This document shows positions 32,820 to 43,402 of a DNA stretch of 64,000 nucleotides, in pieces. The first letter of the stretch is position 1, and the number at the start of each line of letters is the position of its first letter. Source of the DNA: Escherichia phage vB_EcoM_PhAPEC2; sequence record NC_024794.1; one strand, given 5' to 3'. The position numbers and the translations under genes are program-made. The notes below the pieces were generated by a model. That model saw nothing but the letters and a program-made list of their open reading frames with translations. It made no database searches and was not told the DNA's origin.

Positions 32820-33283
32820 AAAGAATCTCTTAATAGGTTTAACACATCAATAAATTCAGCTTCAGTTAGTATTGTATCATCTTTTGTTAGACCACTAGCC
32901 ATGCTGTGCTTCAAAATTTTTCCTTTAGAGGCTTGTAAGGCATCACGAAACCCCTTGTTTTGGATCGCGGCTTCAAAATATGCATTTGTGTATAATTCTT
33001 TCCACGCTTCGGAGTATCTTGAAAATGGAACTCCTAACCAGAAGAGAGTCCCGCGGTCCTGAGCTCTTGCATAAGACCTTCCAGCTTGCTGTGCAGCCAA
33101 TCCAGACAACCCAAATATACGTCTTTGTTGTTCAACATTTTTCACCTTACATCCTTGGAGAAATCCTTCAAGACCTCCGAATTGAATACCATCCATAACA
33201 AAAGGCCATTGAGCAAAGTTACTTAATGCACATGACGGCCACTTGAAATTACTTCTTATTTCTAATTCAGACATCTTTAACAC
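32816..33283 (-). CDS. NADAR-like (YbiA/DUF1768-type) protein (T4 30.3 position)
   Basis: 155 aa; LSNFAQWPFVMDG...LEGFLQGCK resembles remembered E. coli YbiA FSNFAAWPIKVDG...SEHYFQAQK. Confidence 0.5.
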   Translation of the reverse strand: MLKMSELEIRSNFKWPSCALSNFAQWPFVMDGIQFGGLEGFLQGCKVKNVEQQRRIFGLSGLAAQQAGRSYARAQDRGTLFWLGVPFSRYSEAWKELYTNAYFEAAIQNKGFRDALQASKGKILKHSMASGLTKDDTILTEAEFIDVLNLLRDSL

Positions 33284-33485
33284 TTATAATTTCAACATCA
33301 GCCCAATGGCCGTATCCTGGTATACGATCTTCGATAGATAAATTTCTGTCATTTTTAGGCATTTTAATTGACGTAACGTATGGTTCTAAACGGTTTTCTG
33401 CATAATATGGAAAAACGTCCGTCACACGATAAGTAACTTCAATCATTTCTGTACCAAACAATTTCTGGATTAATTTTTTAAGCAT
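33267..33485 (-). CDS. hypothetical protein
   Basis: 72 aa ORF in tight operon. Confidence 0.5.
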   Translation of the reverse strand: MLKKLIQKLFGTEMIEVTYRVTDVFPYYAENRLEPYVTSIKMPKNDRNLSIEDRIPGYGHWADVEIISVKDV

Positions 33486-33489
33486 TTTA

Positions 33490-33777
33490 TTAGAACCTCA
33501 TCTGAAAGCCATGTGATTTAACATTACCGCCGCCAATATCAGAAATGTTAATTTCACTTGCAATCGAAGGATCGATGTCAATTTCACGATTAAGTTTAGT
33601 GATAGCTAAAGTATCATGCCCATTTACTGTACGAAACTCCAAAGGACATACTACGTTGACGTAGTGTTTAATTGACTCGCTAGTAGGTTGCAAATGGGCT
33701 GGAAGGTCTTTAGGTGCTTTAGAGAAAACAACTTCACAAAAGTTTTTGCGGGTATCAAAATAAGTGGTCATAAACAT
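33490..33777 (-). CDS. hypothetical protein
   Basis: 95 aa ORF in tight operon. Confidence 0.55.
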   Translation of the reverse strand: MFMTTYFDTRKNFCEVVFSKAPKDLPAHLQPTSESIKHYVNVVCPLEFRTVNGHDTLAITKLNREIDIDPSIASEINISDIGGGNVKSHGFQMRF

Positions 33778-33818
33778 AATATTTTCCTCAATTGGGAGCC
33801 GAAGCCTCCATTTTAAGA

Positions 33819-34247
33819 TTAGATATCGAATTCGTTAAGAACTACATCAAAGATTGCTTCGAGATGTTCAGGTTTAGCTCGGTTACTCAGGATATGACGA
33901 ATCCAAGTTTTAACCAGAAGTTTACGATTAACACCGTTCCAGCAAGGATGAGTACCTAAATCACGTTGACGGAAATCGTCATCTAATGCAATTTTGAAGT
34001 TGGAACCTTCCATCGTGATTGAAACCGTGATGCCATTTTCAAATCGCATATAAACGTAATTAGGAGTCATATACTGCTCAATTTCGCATACTGAACCGTT
34101 ATTATGCTTCCATAAGCAAATCGTATCGATAGAACCAGCGATACCGTTAGAAACATATTTGCGTTCGAAGTTGGTGTAGTTCATTTTATTCTCCAGATGT
34201 TTAAGTTGTTTGTTGGTACAGGTATATAATAACATATCCTGTACCAA
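33819..34247 (-). CDS. hypothetical protein
   Basis: 142 aa ORF. Confidence 0.6.
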   Translation of the reverse strand: MVQDMLLYTCTNKQLKHLENKMNYTNFERKYVSNGIAGSIDTICLWKHNNGSVCEIEQYMTPNYVYMRFENGITVSITMEGSNFKIALDDDFRQRDLGTHPCWNGVNRKLLVKTWIRHILSNRAKPEHLEAIFDVVLNEFDI

Positions 34248-34258
34248 AGTAAACTGGT

Positions 34259-34627
34259 TTATGCAACTTTAATCCAATTGTCTAAATTTAAAACACCTTT
34301 GGCTTTCATTTTTTCGATCAGGTTATCTGCTGTAATGCGTCCATTTTGATACCATGTAACATCTTCAGAGTAACCAGTTTCTTCATCAACATATGTTTCT
34401 GAACGAATTTTACCGGTAATAATAGTTTTTAATTCGTATGTGTCACCTGTGAAAAAGTTTGCTAACACAATTTTCCAAGAGAAATCATTTGAAGGGCCTT
34501 CAGGGGTCATACAACCTACGAACTCAAATTGCTCTTTGTATAACATCCACTGGAATTCTTTAATTTCGATAGCTTTATAACCGTCGTGGTCTTTACATTT
34601 GATGTATGAGTTCAGATTGATTTTCAT
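34259..34627 (-). CDS. hypothetical protein
   Basis: 122 aa ORF with SD GGAGA and early promoter upstream. Confidence 0.6.
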   Translation of the reverse strand: MKINLNSYIKCKDHDGYKAIEIKEFQWMLYKEQFEFVGCMTPEGPSNDFSWKIVLANFFTGDTYELKTIITGKIRSETYVDEETGYSEDVTWYQNGRITADNLIEKMKAKGVLNLDNWIKVA

Positions 34628-34668
34628 TTTATTCTCCGGTTGTTTTATTGATTAGGTGGTACAAGTCT

Positions 34669-34697
34669 ATAGTAACACATCCTACAGGAGAGTAAAC
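34669..34697 (-). promoter_or_regulatory. T4 early-type promoter (GTTTACT-N16-TACTAT)
   Basis: Minus strand GTTTACTCTCCTGTAGGATGTGTTACTAT. Confidence 0.55.
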
Positions 34698-34714
34698 ATC
34701 TTTTTAAACTTTTT

Positions 34715-34751
34715 CTGCCCTAAACGCACAAAAGGGAGACCGAAGTCTCCC
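34715..34751 (-). terminator. intrinsic terminator after small basic ORF
   Basis: Minus strand GGGAGAC-TTCG-GTCTCCC-TTTTGTG. Confidence 0.7.
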
Positions 34752-34756
34752 TAAAA

Positions 34757-34936
34757 TTATGCAACAACCTTTCCAAAACGAGAAGCATCATCTCGAAGAA
34801 CTGCACGTGCTCTGCGCATGATCTTCTCAACTGTTTGATTAATACGAGAGTTCGACCCACGCTTGTATCCAGCGCGTTTAGAGGTACCATCAACTTTCTT
34901 TTCAACTGCTTTCTTTGCTTTAGCTTGTTTTGCCAT
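34757..34936 (-). CDS. small basic hypothetical protein (59 aa), not in ORF track
   Basis: Hand translation MAKQAKAKKAVEKKVDGTSKRAGYKRGSNSRINQTVEKIMRRARAVLRDDASRFGKVVA; stop directly followed by terminator; track ORF 34720-34905 runs through that hairpin. Confidence 0.55.
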   Translation of the reverse strand: MAKQAKAKKAVEKKVDGTSKRAGYKRGSNSRINQTVEKIMRRARAVLRDDASRFGKVVA

Positions 34937-35199
34937 TATAAATTCTCTTTAAATGAAAATGCAGGACTTATTGACATTGCCTGCGCAAGCCCTCAAGGGG
35001 AACATAGGTTTTGGATATTTAACGACAGGATAACCATAAACCCGTCATCATACCAACCACGACTTAGACAGATAACCTTTTTCTGACGCGTGATAGTACA
35101 AAATACATTCAAGAGGTACACCGTAAAACTGTCGGGGTCTTAAAACTATAATGATTCGCAAATCATTAATCAGACAGTTCGACGGCTCCTCGATTTAAC

Positions 35200-35448
35200 T
35201 TACTTCAGGGTAATAACAAAATGACGTACTGCTTTACGAGCCGCAGAAGCCAAAGGCTTAGCATATTTCAGTTCATCTTTTGCTTCCAGTTCAGAGGCCA
35301 ATACAGCTTGGGCAGGGTTCAGATGTTTGAAATAACGCAGGATTTCCAATGCTTCGGCTTCAACATCAATAGATGCACCGTAGTTTTCGTGACCATTATT
35401 CCATGCGTTTCGTTGCAGTTCAAGAGCGTGTTGTAATTGTTTAATCAT
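35200..35448 (-). CDS. rIII: rIII lysis-inhibition accessory protein
   Basis: 82 aa, same length and position (downstream of gene 31) as T4 rIII. Confidence 0.85.
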   Translation of the reverse strand: MIKQLQHALELQRNAWNNGHENYGASIDVEAEALEILRYFKHLNPAQAVLASELEAKDELKYAKPLASAARKAVRHFVITLK

Positions 35449-35572
35449 TTTAAATTCTCAATTCGAGATAATATTTAGTAGCCACGTTCGTCTGAATTTC
35501 ACCTTCTTTCGACAAGTCTCTCAGTTGTAGGCTACCGCTTAGAAGAGTGTTCTCTTCATATAGTTATTTATA

Positions 35573-35905
35573 TCACTTATAAAGACACGGAATAGCTTTA
35601 TAGTGGCATGTTACGAATTTCTGTTTAATTTCTTTAGGTTGTTTAAGTCCCAAAGCCACAAATGGATGTGGAACATTTCGAATTTGTCCAACTGGTAGTG
35701 GAGTCAAATCACCGACTTCAACAAAACCTTCAGGAACATCAGGACCTACAGAATGAACTACACATAGTTCAGGAACTTCACCTTGAACACGTTTACCAAT
35801 CACAAGTCCTGATTCGGTAACTTCTTCATCACCTGCTTGAGCGGGTTCAGAAACCAGAATGACATATTCACCAACAGCACGAATTGGGAGTTGTACTTCA
35901 GACAT
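35573..35905 (-). CDS. 31: gp31 co-chaperonin (GroES analogue)
   Basis: 110 aa; matches remembered T4 gp31 ([29 protein letters not shown]...). Confidence 0.95.
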   Translation of the reverse strand: MSEVQLPIRAVGEYVILVSEPAQAGDEEVTESGLVIGKRVQGEVPELCVVHSVGPDVPEGFVEVGDLTPLPVGQIRNVPHPFVALGLKQPKEIKQKFVTCHYKAIPCLYK

Positions 35906-35935
35906 CTTATTTCCTTGTTGTTTGACGATAGATTA

Positions 35936-35961
35936 ATAATACCATACTATTCGTAAAGCAT
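35936..35961 (-). promoter_or_regulatory. candidate MotA-dependent middle promoter for gene 31
   Basis: Minus strand ATGCTTTAC - 11 nt - TATTAT. Confidence 0.4.
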
Positions 35962-35962
35962 A

Positions 35963-36271
35963 TTACATAAGAAGCAAACGTTCTACCGGAGTACCATCAA
36001 CAGAAATTACTTTATCAAGGCGGAAAGAACGCCACTGACCTAACTCGGTATCGAATGCTCTAACTGATTCACGAGGTTCATAACGAACTTCTGTTGCCGG
36101 ATTGTTATTTTCATATTTGACTTCAAGTTCATCGCGCGAAGCAAACATAGTGCGTACCTCGCCGTTAGCCTTTTCAAATACAACACAATGAACGCCTACA
36201 GACAGAATAGTTTTAATACGTTCACGAAGAACCATAGTTTCTTGTTCAGTTAAAATCATATTATTCACCAC
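35963..36271 (-). CDS. hypothetical protein (T4 31.1 position)
   Basis: 102 aa ORF between cd and gene 31. Confidence 0.6.
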   Translation of the reverse strand: MVNNMILTEQETMVLRERIKTILSVGVHCVVFEKANGEVRTMFASRDELEVKYENNNPATEVRYEPRESVRAFDTELGQWRSFRLDKVISVDGTPVERLLLM

Positions 36272-36842
36272 AAAAGTTTCGGATTTGTTCCCAATTCAGA
36301 GAACGAAGATTATTACGAGAGTACTGAATTACTTCAATACCAGCTTGTTTTAGAATGTCTGCCCAATTTTCAGGAGACCGGTCATATAATTCTGCATATA
36401 CAACCTTTTTAATACCTGACTGTGTAATAGCTTTAGTGCAATCAGGACATGGAGAAAGCGTCGTATACAACGTAGCACCTTCAATAGAATTACCTTTACG
36501 AGCTGCAAACAAAATTGCATTCAATTCCGCATGGATTTCATTATTAGCAGACCATGCACTATGAGCGGCCCGATGTTCTTTAGCCAAAACAAAATTATCC
36601 ACCCGTCCAAATGCTGTAGTGCCTTCTTTATGCCCAGCAACGATGACCGGGCTTGGTTTATTCTTCAACCAACCGTTTTCGGATGCATGTTCGCAACAGT
36701 TTGTACCACCTGAAGGAGAGCCATTATAACCTGTAGAAATAATGCGTCCATCTTTTTCAATGACGGCACCAACTTTCCATGAACAACATTTTGATTCTTG
36801 AGAAATCAGATATGCAATCTGAAGGTATGTGCTAGCTTTCAT
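36261..36842 (-). CDS. cd: dCMP deaminase
   Basis: 193 aa; zinc-binding HAE...PCxxC deaminase motifs; same length as T4 Cd. Confidence 0.92.
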   Translation of the reverse strand: MKASTYLQIAYLISQESKCCSWKVGAVIEKDGRIISTGYNGSPSGGTNCCEHASENGWLKNKPSPVIVAGHKEGTTAFGRVDNFVLAKEHRAAHSAWSANNEIHAELNAILFAARKGNSIEGATLYTTLSPCPDCTKAITQSGIKKVVYAELYDRSPENWADILKQAGIEVIQYSRNNLRSLNWEQIRNFCGE

Positions 36843-37834
36843 TATTGAACCTTATTAATATAAGTTAACAGCTCTTTAGTTTGTTCCCAACTGATGCACG
36901 CATCGGTAATGGAAACGCCATAGGACATATTATCAGAAATTTTTTGATTTCCTTCATGTAGGAATGATTCTATCATAATTCCTTTGACCAAATCATTAGC
37001 TGCTAAATTTTTACCAATACCAATTTGATTGCTATAATGCCCATCAGCGTTTGCATGGCTACAGTCAACCATTACATAATGATTCAGACCTACTGCCCTT
37101 GCTTTGTTAGAAGCTTCTTGAATATCAGAAGAATGATAGTTCGGGCCGTTGGTCCCGCCACGCAATACGATATGCGTATTCTGATTACCTTCAGCTTCAA
37201 CAATGCCTACAGTACCATCGACGTCCATACCCATATACCGATGAGGCCAGGCGGCACTATACATCGCGTCTGTAGCTACTTTAATAGAACCATTGGTTGC
37301 GTTCTTGAAGCCTACGCACATCGGTAGACCTGAAGCAATTTCACGATGTGTCTGACTTTCAGTCGTACGGGCGCCAATAGCAACCCATGAGAAAATACCA
37401 GAAAGATACTTAATCGTGAATGGGTCTAATACTTCAGTTGCTAATGGAAGTCCCATACGTAGAAGTTTACGACACAATGTTCGTGCAACTATAAGACCGT
37501 GGTTCATATCAAAACTTCCGTCAAGATATGGATCATTTACAAGACCTTTCCAACCTACGGTAGTTCGAGGCTTTTCAAAATAAACGCGCATCACTAACAG
37601 AACATTAGGAAGACGAGTTTGAAGTTCAGCCAGACGTTTGCCGTATTCAACAGCAGCAATAGGGTCATGAATTGAACAAGGACCTACAACAATAAGTTTG
37701 CGTGGGTCTTCACCATTCATAATCGAATTAACTTGTTCGCGATGAGAAGCCACTTGTGATGCGTAAGCTTCCGACAAAGGAATAATCTCAGCCAGTTCTT
37801 TTGGAGAAATAAGTTTTCCGACGACAGGTAACAT
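36842..37834 (-). CDS. 3-deoxy-7-phosphoheptulonate (DAHP) synthase, class I-alpha AroG/AroF-like
   Basis: 330 aa; GPCSIHD, KPRTTVGWKGL, IGARTTESQ, DCSHAN, ESFLHEGNQ, SITDAC align with remembered E. coli AroG; TAATG overlap with cd. Confidence 0.85.
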   Translation of the reverse strand: MLPVVGKLISPKELAEIIPLSEAYASQVASHREQVNSIMNGEDPRKLIVVGPCSIHDPIAAVEYGKRLAELQTRLPNVLLVMRVYFEKPRTTVGWKGLVNDPYLDGSFDMNHGLIVARTLCRKLLRMGLPLATEVLDPFTIKYLSGIFSWVAIGARTTESQTHREIASGLPMCVGFKNATNGSIKVATDAMYSAAWPHRYMGMDVDGTVGIVEAEGNQNTHIVLRGGTNGPNYHSSDIQEASNKARAVGLNHYVMVDCSHANADGHYSNQIGIGKNLAANDLVKGIMIESFLHEGNQKISDNMSYGVSITDACISWEQTKELLTYINKVQ

Positions 37835-37954
37835 AACAATCCTTAGGAGATATAAACAGATTCTGATTCAACAATACCTTTAACCGGATTAGACAGGCTA
37901 AGTTGGTAGTGCTCAGATTTATGACCATTCTCGATAGTAATTAGATAGCTCTCA

Positions 37955-38191
37955 TTATAGTGTTCCATATACTCGAGTTGCTTCAACAAGACCATCACTG
38001 CCTAATTTAAGATTAGTAATTTGGTCACCATCTTTAGGATTAACGATTATGAGAAAAGAACGTGGAGATTCTTGAATAACTCGTAATGTTGCATCCTGGA
38101 AACGTTCAGATACTTTATTAATCAAAGTCTGAGCGAACTCTTTTACTTTAACATGAAATTCTTGAAGCGTGATAGGTTTTTCACTTAACAT
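37955..38191 (-). CDS. hypothetical protein
   Basis: 78 aa ORF; SD GAGGAA; early promoter upstream. Confidence 0.6.
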   Translation of the reverse strand: MLSEKPITLQEFHVKVKEFAQTLINKVSERFQDATLRVIQESPRSFLIIVNPKDGDQITNLKLGSDGLVEATRVYGTL

Positions 38192-38220
38192 TCTGTTTTC
38201 CTCATTGTGTTGGTAGAGTC

Positions 38221-38250
38221 ATAGTATCACAACTCCACCATGTTGTAAAC
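38221..38250 (-). promoter_or_regulatory. T4 early-type promoter (GTTTACA-N17-TACTAT)
   Basis: Minus strand GTTTACAACATGGTGGAGTTGTGATACTAT. Confidence 0.55.
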
Positions 38251-38252
38251 CA

Positions 38253-38528
38253 TTAAATTGCTTTGCATTCAATTTTTTGTGTACCGAAATTGATATCACA
38301 TTGGATAACTAAATCGCCGTCAAGATCAAATACCACGATGACGTGTGCAGACCCAGGGAGAAGAGTAATAGCAATAGAGTCTACTTGGCCTGGGAGCAAA
38401 GCATTGAGTACATGAGTTACTTGAGCATGAACTCTGAGTTCGGCCGCATTATCAAGCACTTCAAACATATTATTAGCAATAATCTGACTGAAGACTACCT
38501 TTACAATTTCAGAATAAGTTGGGAACAT
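38253..38528 (-). CDS. hypothetical protein
   Basis: 91 aa ORF. Confidence 0.55.
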   Translation of the reverse strand: MFPTYSEIVKVVFSQIIANNMFEVLDNAAELRVHAQVTHVLNALLPGQVDSIAITLLPGSAHVIVVFDLDGDLVIQCDINFGTQKIECKAI

Positions 38529-38535
38529 AATTACC

Positions 38536-38760
38536 TCAGTGCACAGTATTTACTTTAACTCGAACAACAAATCGCTCGGTCGGTTCACCTACAGGAACAA
38601 ACTCTACATGATATTCACCTTTGTAACGAGTATTCAGATCATTACGAATTTCGGTAAGCTTGTTGATTAATGTAGAACTCATATTAAGTCCCACTAGTTT
38701 ACGAAGCATTTTGTATGCTTCATCTTCGATTTCATGATGTTTATCGTACATAGTTTTCAT
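38536..38760 (-). CDS. hypothetical protein
   Basis: 74 aa ORF. Confidence 0.55.
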   Translation of the reverse strand: MKTMYDKHHEIEDEAYKMLRKLVGLNMSSTLINKLTEIRNDLNTRYKGEYHVEFVPVGEPTERFVVRVKVNTVH

Positions 38761-38931
38761 TTAACCATTCAATTGCCTGGTCAACGTTATCAAATATACC
38801 GCCGTCCAAACGTTCTTCATGCTCATAGTCCAGCACATCAATACCGAACTGTCCATTTACTAAAGGCCAGGCTACAAACAAATATTCTTTATGCTGTTCG
38901 ATGGCCTCAATCACTTCATATAATCGTTTCA

Positions 38932-38932
<1 letters not shown>
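38741..38932 (-). CDS. hypothetical protein
   Basis: 63 aa ORF overlapping neighbours. Confidence 0.5.
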
Positions 38933-40018
<1,086 letters not shown>

Positions 40019-40019
<1 letters not shown>

Positions 40020-40318
40020 TATTTTATTCCTAAGAAAGTTTCAAGAATACGAATGTTATGCTCGCGCCGGTCTTTATTAATTTCAGCAACGTTTTTATTA
40101 ATTGACGTACTTCTAACGTTTGAAGAAATAAATTTAATCATATGACTTTTGAGTTGTTGCAAATCCAACCCTTTTTCTTTAGCAGCTTTACGAAGAGCTT
40201 TACCTGCTTCATCTAGTGCCTTTGCTGCATCTTTATCATAATTGCCAAGTGACATTCCACGGCAGATATCAATATACTCATCCGACCGTTTGATGTAATT
40301 CTCTAGTAATGTTTTCAT
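40019..40318 (-). CDS. hypothetical protein
   Basis: 99 aa ORF. Confidence 0.55.
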
Positions 40319-40375
40319 TTAGATTTCCTCAATTATCCATAGGAGCATTATACTCTGCTCCCGAGAGTTTGTAAA

Positions 40376-40600
40376 CTATTTTACTAAAGATTCAATATAC
40401 TCATGAAGAGCTTTAGTCGCTACTGCCCACTTATTCTGATATTCATTTTTCAGATTAGCACGAGACTGAACTAACAAGCGGTCATTAGTAGGAGGCAAAG
40501 ATTCTAATCGTTGAATCTGGCGCCCATAAATCATAGCCGCCATTTCAGATTCATAGATAAGCCCTTTAATATATTCATGTTGTTCTTTAGTCATTGGCAT
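40376..40600 (-). CDS. hypothetical protein
   Basis: 74 aa ORF. Confidence 0.55.
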   Translation of the reverse strand: MPMTKEQHEYIKGLIYESEMAAMIYGRQIQRLESLPPTNDRLLVQSRANLKNEYQNKWAVATKALHEYIESLVK

Positions 40601-40881
40601 TTTTCCTCTTTTAAACCACTACGATAATAACATAACATAGTCTTCTGGTCATGTACATATCTTTTTACGTCGTTTAACCAGATACGAAATTCTTGAGAGT
40701 CTTCAAATGGCATTCCAACCCATGGATTACCATCAATAACCTTTACTTGCCATTTCTGGTTATATTCAACAATAGATTCAGGCCATGACGGATGTAAAGT
40801 TTCTTTAGGGCTTAAGGGCACATCCTGGGCACATCCAGCCAAAATGCCAATAGATAATACAACTGCGGTTAATTTAATCAT
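40591..40881 (-). CDS. outer-membrane spanin lipoprotein (Rz1-like; T4 pseT.2 equivalent)
   Basis: 96 aa; signal peptide with lipobox LAGC; overlaps i-spanin gene. Confidence 0.7.
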   Translation of the reverse strand: MIKLTAVVLSIGILAGCAQDVPLSPKETLHPSWPESIVEYNQKWQVKVIDGNPWVGMPFEDSQEFRIWLNDVKRYVHDQKTMLCYYRSGLKEEKCQ

Positions 40882-41234
40882 TCTGAGAGCTTCCTGAGGT
40901 CTTCTGCAAAGGAATCGAAGGACTTGTTGATTTGTTTTTCGACCAATCCTGGTTTACTTGCCACCACGTTCTTCTTCTTCGAATCCTTACGGAGCTTTTC
41001 ATTTTCGGCCTTAAGTTGGTCAACTAAAACACGGTTCTTATAAGTCATTTCTTCGATTGACCGATATTGAACCTTGAAGTCGTCTAATACTTTAGCATTG
41101 TTTTTAGCGGTCTCTTTGACAGAAGCTAATTCAGTATTCAACGAATCAACTTTGTTGTTTAAGACAACTATTGTTACCGTAGAAACTAGAGCAAAAGCTG
41201 CTACTATAGCATAAATCGGATTTACTTTAAGCAT
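40878..41234 (-). CDS. inner-membrane spanin (Rz-like; T4 pseT.3 equivalent)
   Basis: 118 aa; N-terminal transmembrane segment then charged coiled-coil region. Confidence 0.7.
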   Translation of the reverse strand: MLKVNPIYAIVAAFALVSTVTIVVLNNKVDSLNTELASVKETAKNNAKVLDDFKVQYRSIEEMTYKNRVLVDQLKAENEKLRKDSKKKNVVASKPGLVEKQINKSFDSFAEDLRKLSE

Positions 41235-41722
41235 GTTTTAATAATCTCAATGATTTCATCTCGGGATAATCCATTGATAAGAACGGTTTTCAAACCATCA
41301 CACTGGATTTTGTACGATTCAAACAATACACACAACTCTTCTGCTGTATGATACGGACTTGAAATTCCGAGGCGGTTGAATTTGTCGGTAAGAGGGTCGC
41401 AAATAATGTAGAATTTTATACCTGCGATATGTACGTTTGGTTGACTAATATTAATGAACACATTAGCGTCATATTTAGTCAAATTGTTTTGAAGAAATTC
41501 TACCATGGCATTAACTGCTTCCGGCATTGCTTCACGTTTCTCTTCAGCGTATCGGGTGGAATACTCTTTTTGTTTTACTTTCTTTTTAAGATTTTTGGCC
41601 AGTGTAACACGTAGGTCAGTAAGATAACCAACTGGACGTCCTTTCTTAAAGACCCGGATTCCGTCAGTTGTATCTCCAAAAGCGGTTACGACCATATCGT
41701 TAGTAATCAATTGCATATTCAT
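41222..41722 (-). CDS. alc: Alc, inhibitor of host transcription
   Basis: 166 aa from ATG 41722 (SD GAGGAG, downstream of early promoter); alternative ATG 41785 overlaps rnlA stop. Confidence 0.7.
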   Translation of the reverse strand: MNMQLITNDMVVTAFGDTTDGIRVFKKGRPVGYLTDLRVTLAKNLKKKVKQKEYSTRYAEEKREAMPEAVNAMVEFLQNNLTKYDANVFINISQPNVHIAGIKFYIICDPLTDKFNRLGISSPYHTAEELCVLFESYKIQCDGLKTVLINGLSRDEIIEIIKTCLK

Positions 41723-41752
41723 AATTTTCTCCTCGTGTTGTTGATAAAAGCC

Positions 41753-41782
41753 ATAGTAGCACCTTCCTTGGTGTTTGTAAAC
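41753..41782 (-). promoter_or_regulatory. T4 early-type promoter (GTTTACA-N17-TACTAT) for alc
   Basis: Minus strand GTTTACAAACACCAAGGAAGGTGCTACTAT. Confidence 0.55.
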
Positions 41783-41784
41783 CA

Positions 41785-42918
<1,134 letters not shown>

Positions 42919-42936
42919 TCAGTTAGTTTTTTTTAA

Positions 42937-42966
42937 ATTGTACCACAATCCTTGTGGTGTGTAAAC
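42937..42966 (-). promoter_or_regulatory. candidate early promoter for rnlA (GTTTAC ... TACAAT)
   Basis: -35 GTTTAC with weaker -10 TACAAT; small hairpin ccacaa-tcc-ttgtgg in spacer. Confidence 0.3.
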
Positions 42967-43376
42967 TACTTTTTCTTATGTTGGATATTCCAAGGCGGGT
43001 TGAACTTTTTGATAAAAAGCGGTTCTTCAAGGTCCATTGTTGCGATGGTCATTGAACCAAGTTCGTTGGTGACTGAAAGGTCAAAACATTGGCGGGCCCA
43101 GAATTCAACCTTTTTTCCTTGCATTAAGGCATCCAAAATCATAAGTGATTTTCTTGAATCTGAAGTCTGGTCTTTTCGATTTATGGCTGTTCGATAATAG
43201 TTAATGCGTTTCTTTAAATTCTTGGTTTTACCAATATACACAAGTTCGTCATCTATAGCAATAGCGTATATGACATTTTTCTTATTAGGGACATCAACTG
43301 TTTTAATTGTTGCATCTTCTAATAGCTCCAATTCTGTATATTTAATAAAGGAATATTCGGCGGCAATATCTTTCAT
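42966..43376 (-). CDS. denA: endonuclease II (GIY-YIG)
   Basis: 136 aa, same length as T4 DenA; GIY-YIG-like VIYAIAIDDELVYIGKT. Confidence 0.9.
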   Translation of the reverse strand: MKDIAAEYSFIKYTELELLEDATIKTVDVPNKKNVIYAIAIDDELVYIGKTKNLKKRINYYRTAINRKDQTSDSRKSLMILDALMQGKKVEFWARQCFDLSVTNELGSMTIATMDLEEPLFIKKFNPPWNIQHKKK

Positions 43377-43384
43377 AATAAAGT

Positions 43385-43398
43385 GGGACCGAAGTCCC
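43385..43398 (-). terminator. tetraloop hairpin between nrdB and denA
   Basis: gggac-cgaa-gtccc. Confidence 0.45.
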
Positions 43399-43402
43399 GT
43401 CC

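Noticed and set aside
34720-34905. Track ORF (61 aa, minus) between the 30.x genes and rIII
   Set aside because: Starts at TTG and runs through the terminator hairpin 34734-34751; the alternative frame 34757-34936 has an ATG and ends cleanly before the terminator.
34937-35199. Possible tRNA or small-RNA gene in the long intergenic region
   Set aside because: No T-loop (GTTCRANYC-type) or cloverleaf arrangement found by eye; kept only as an unexplained structured region.
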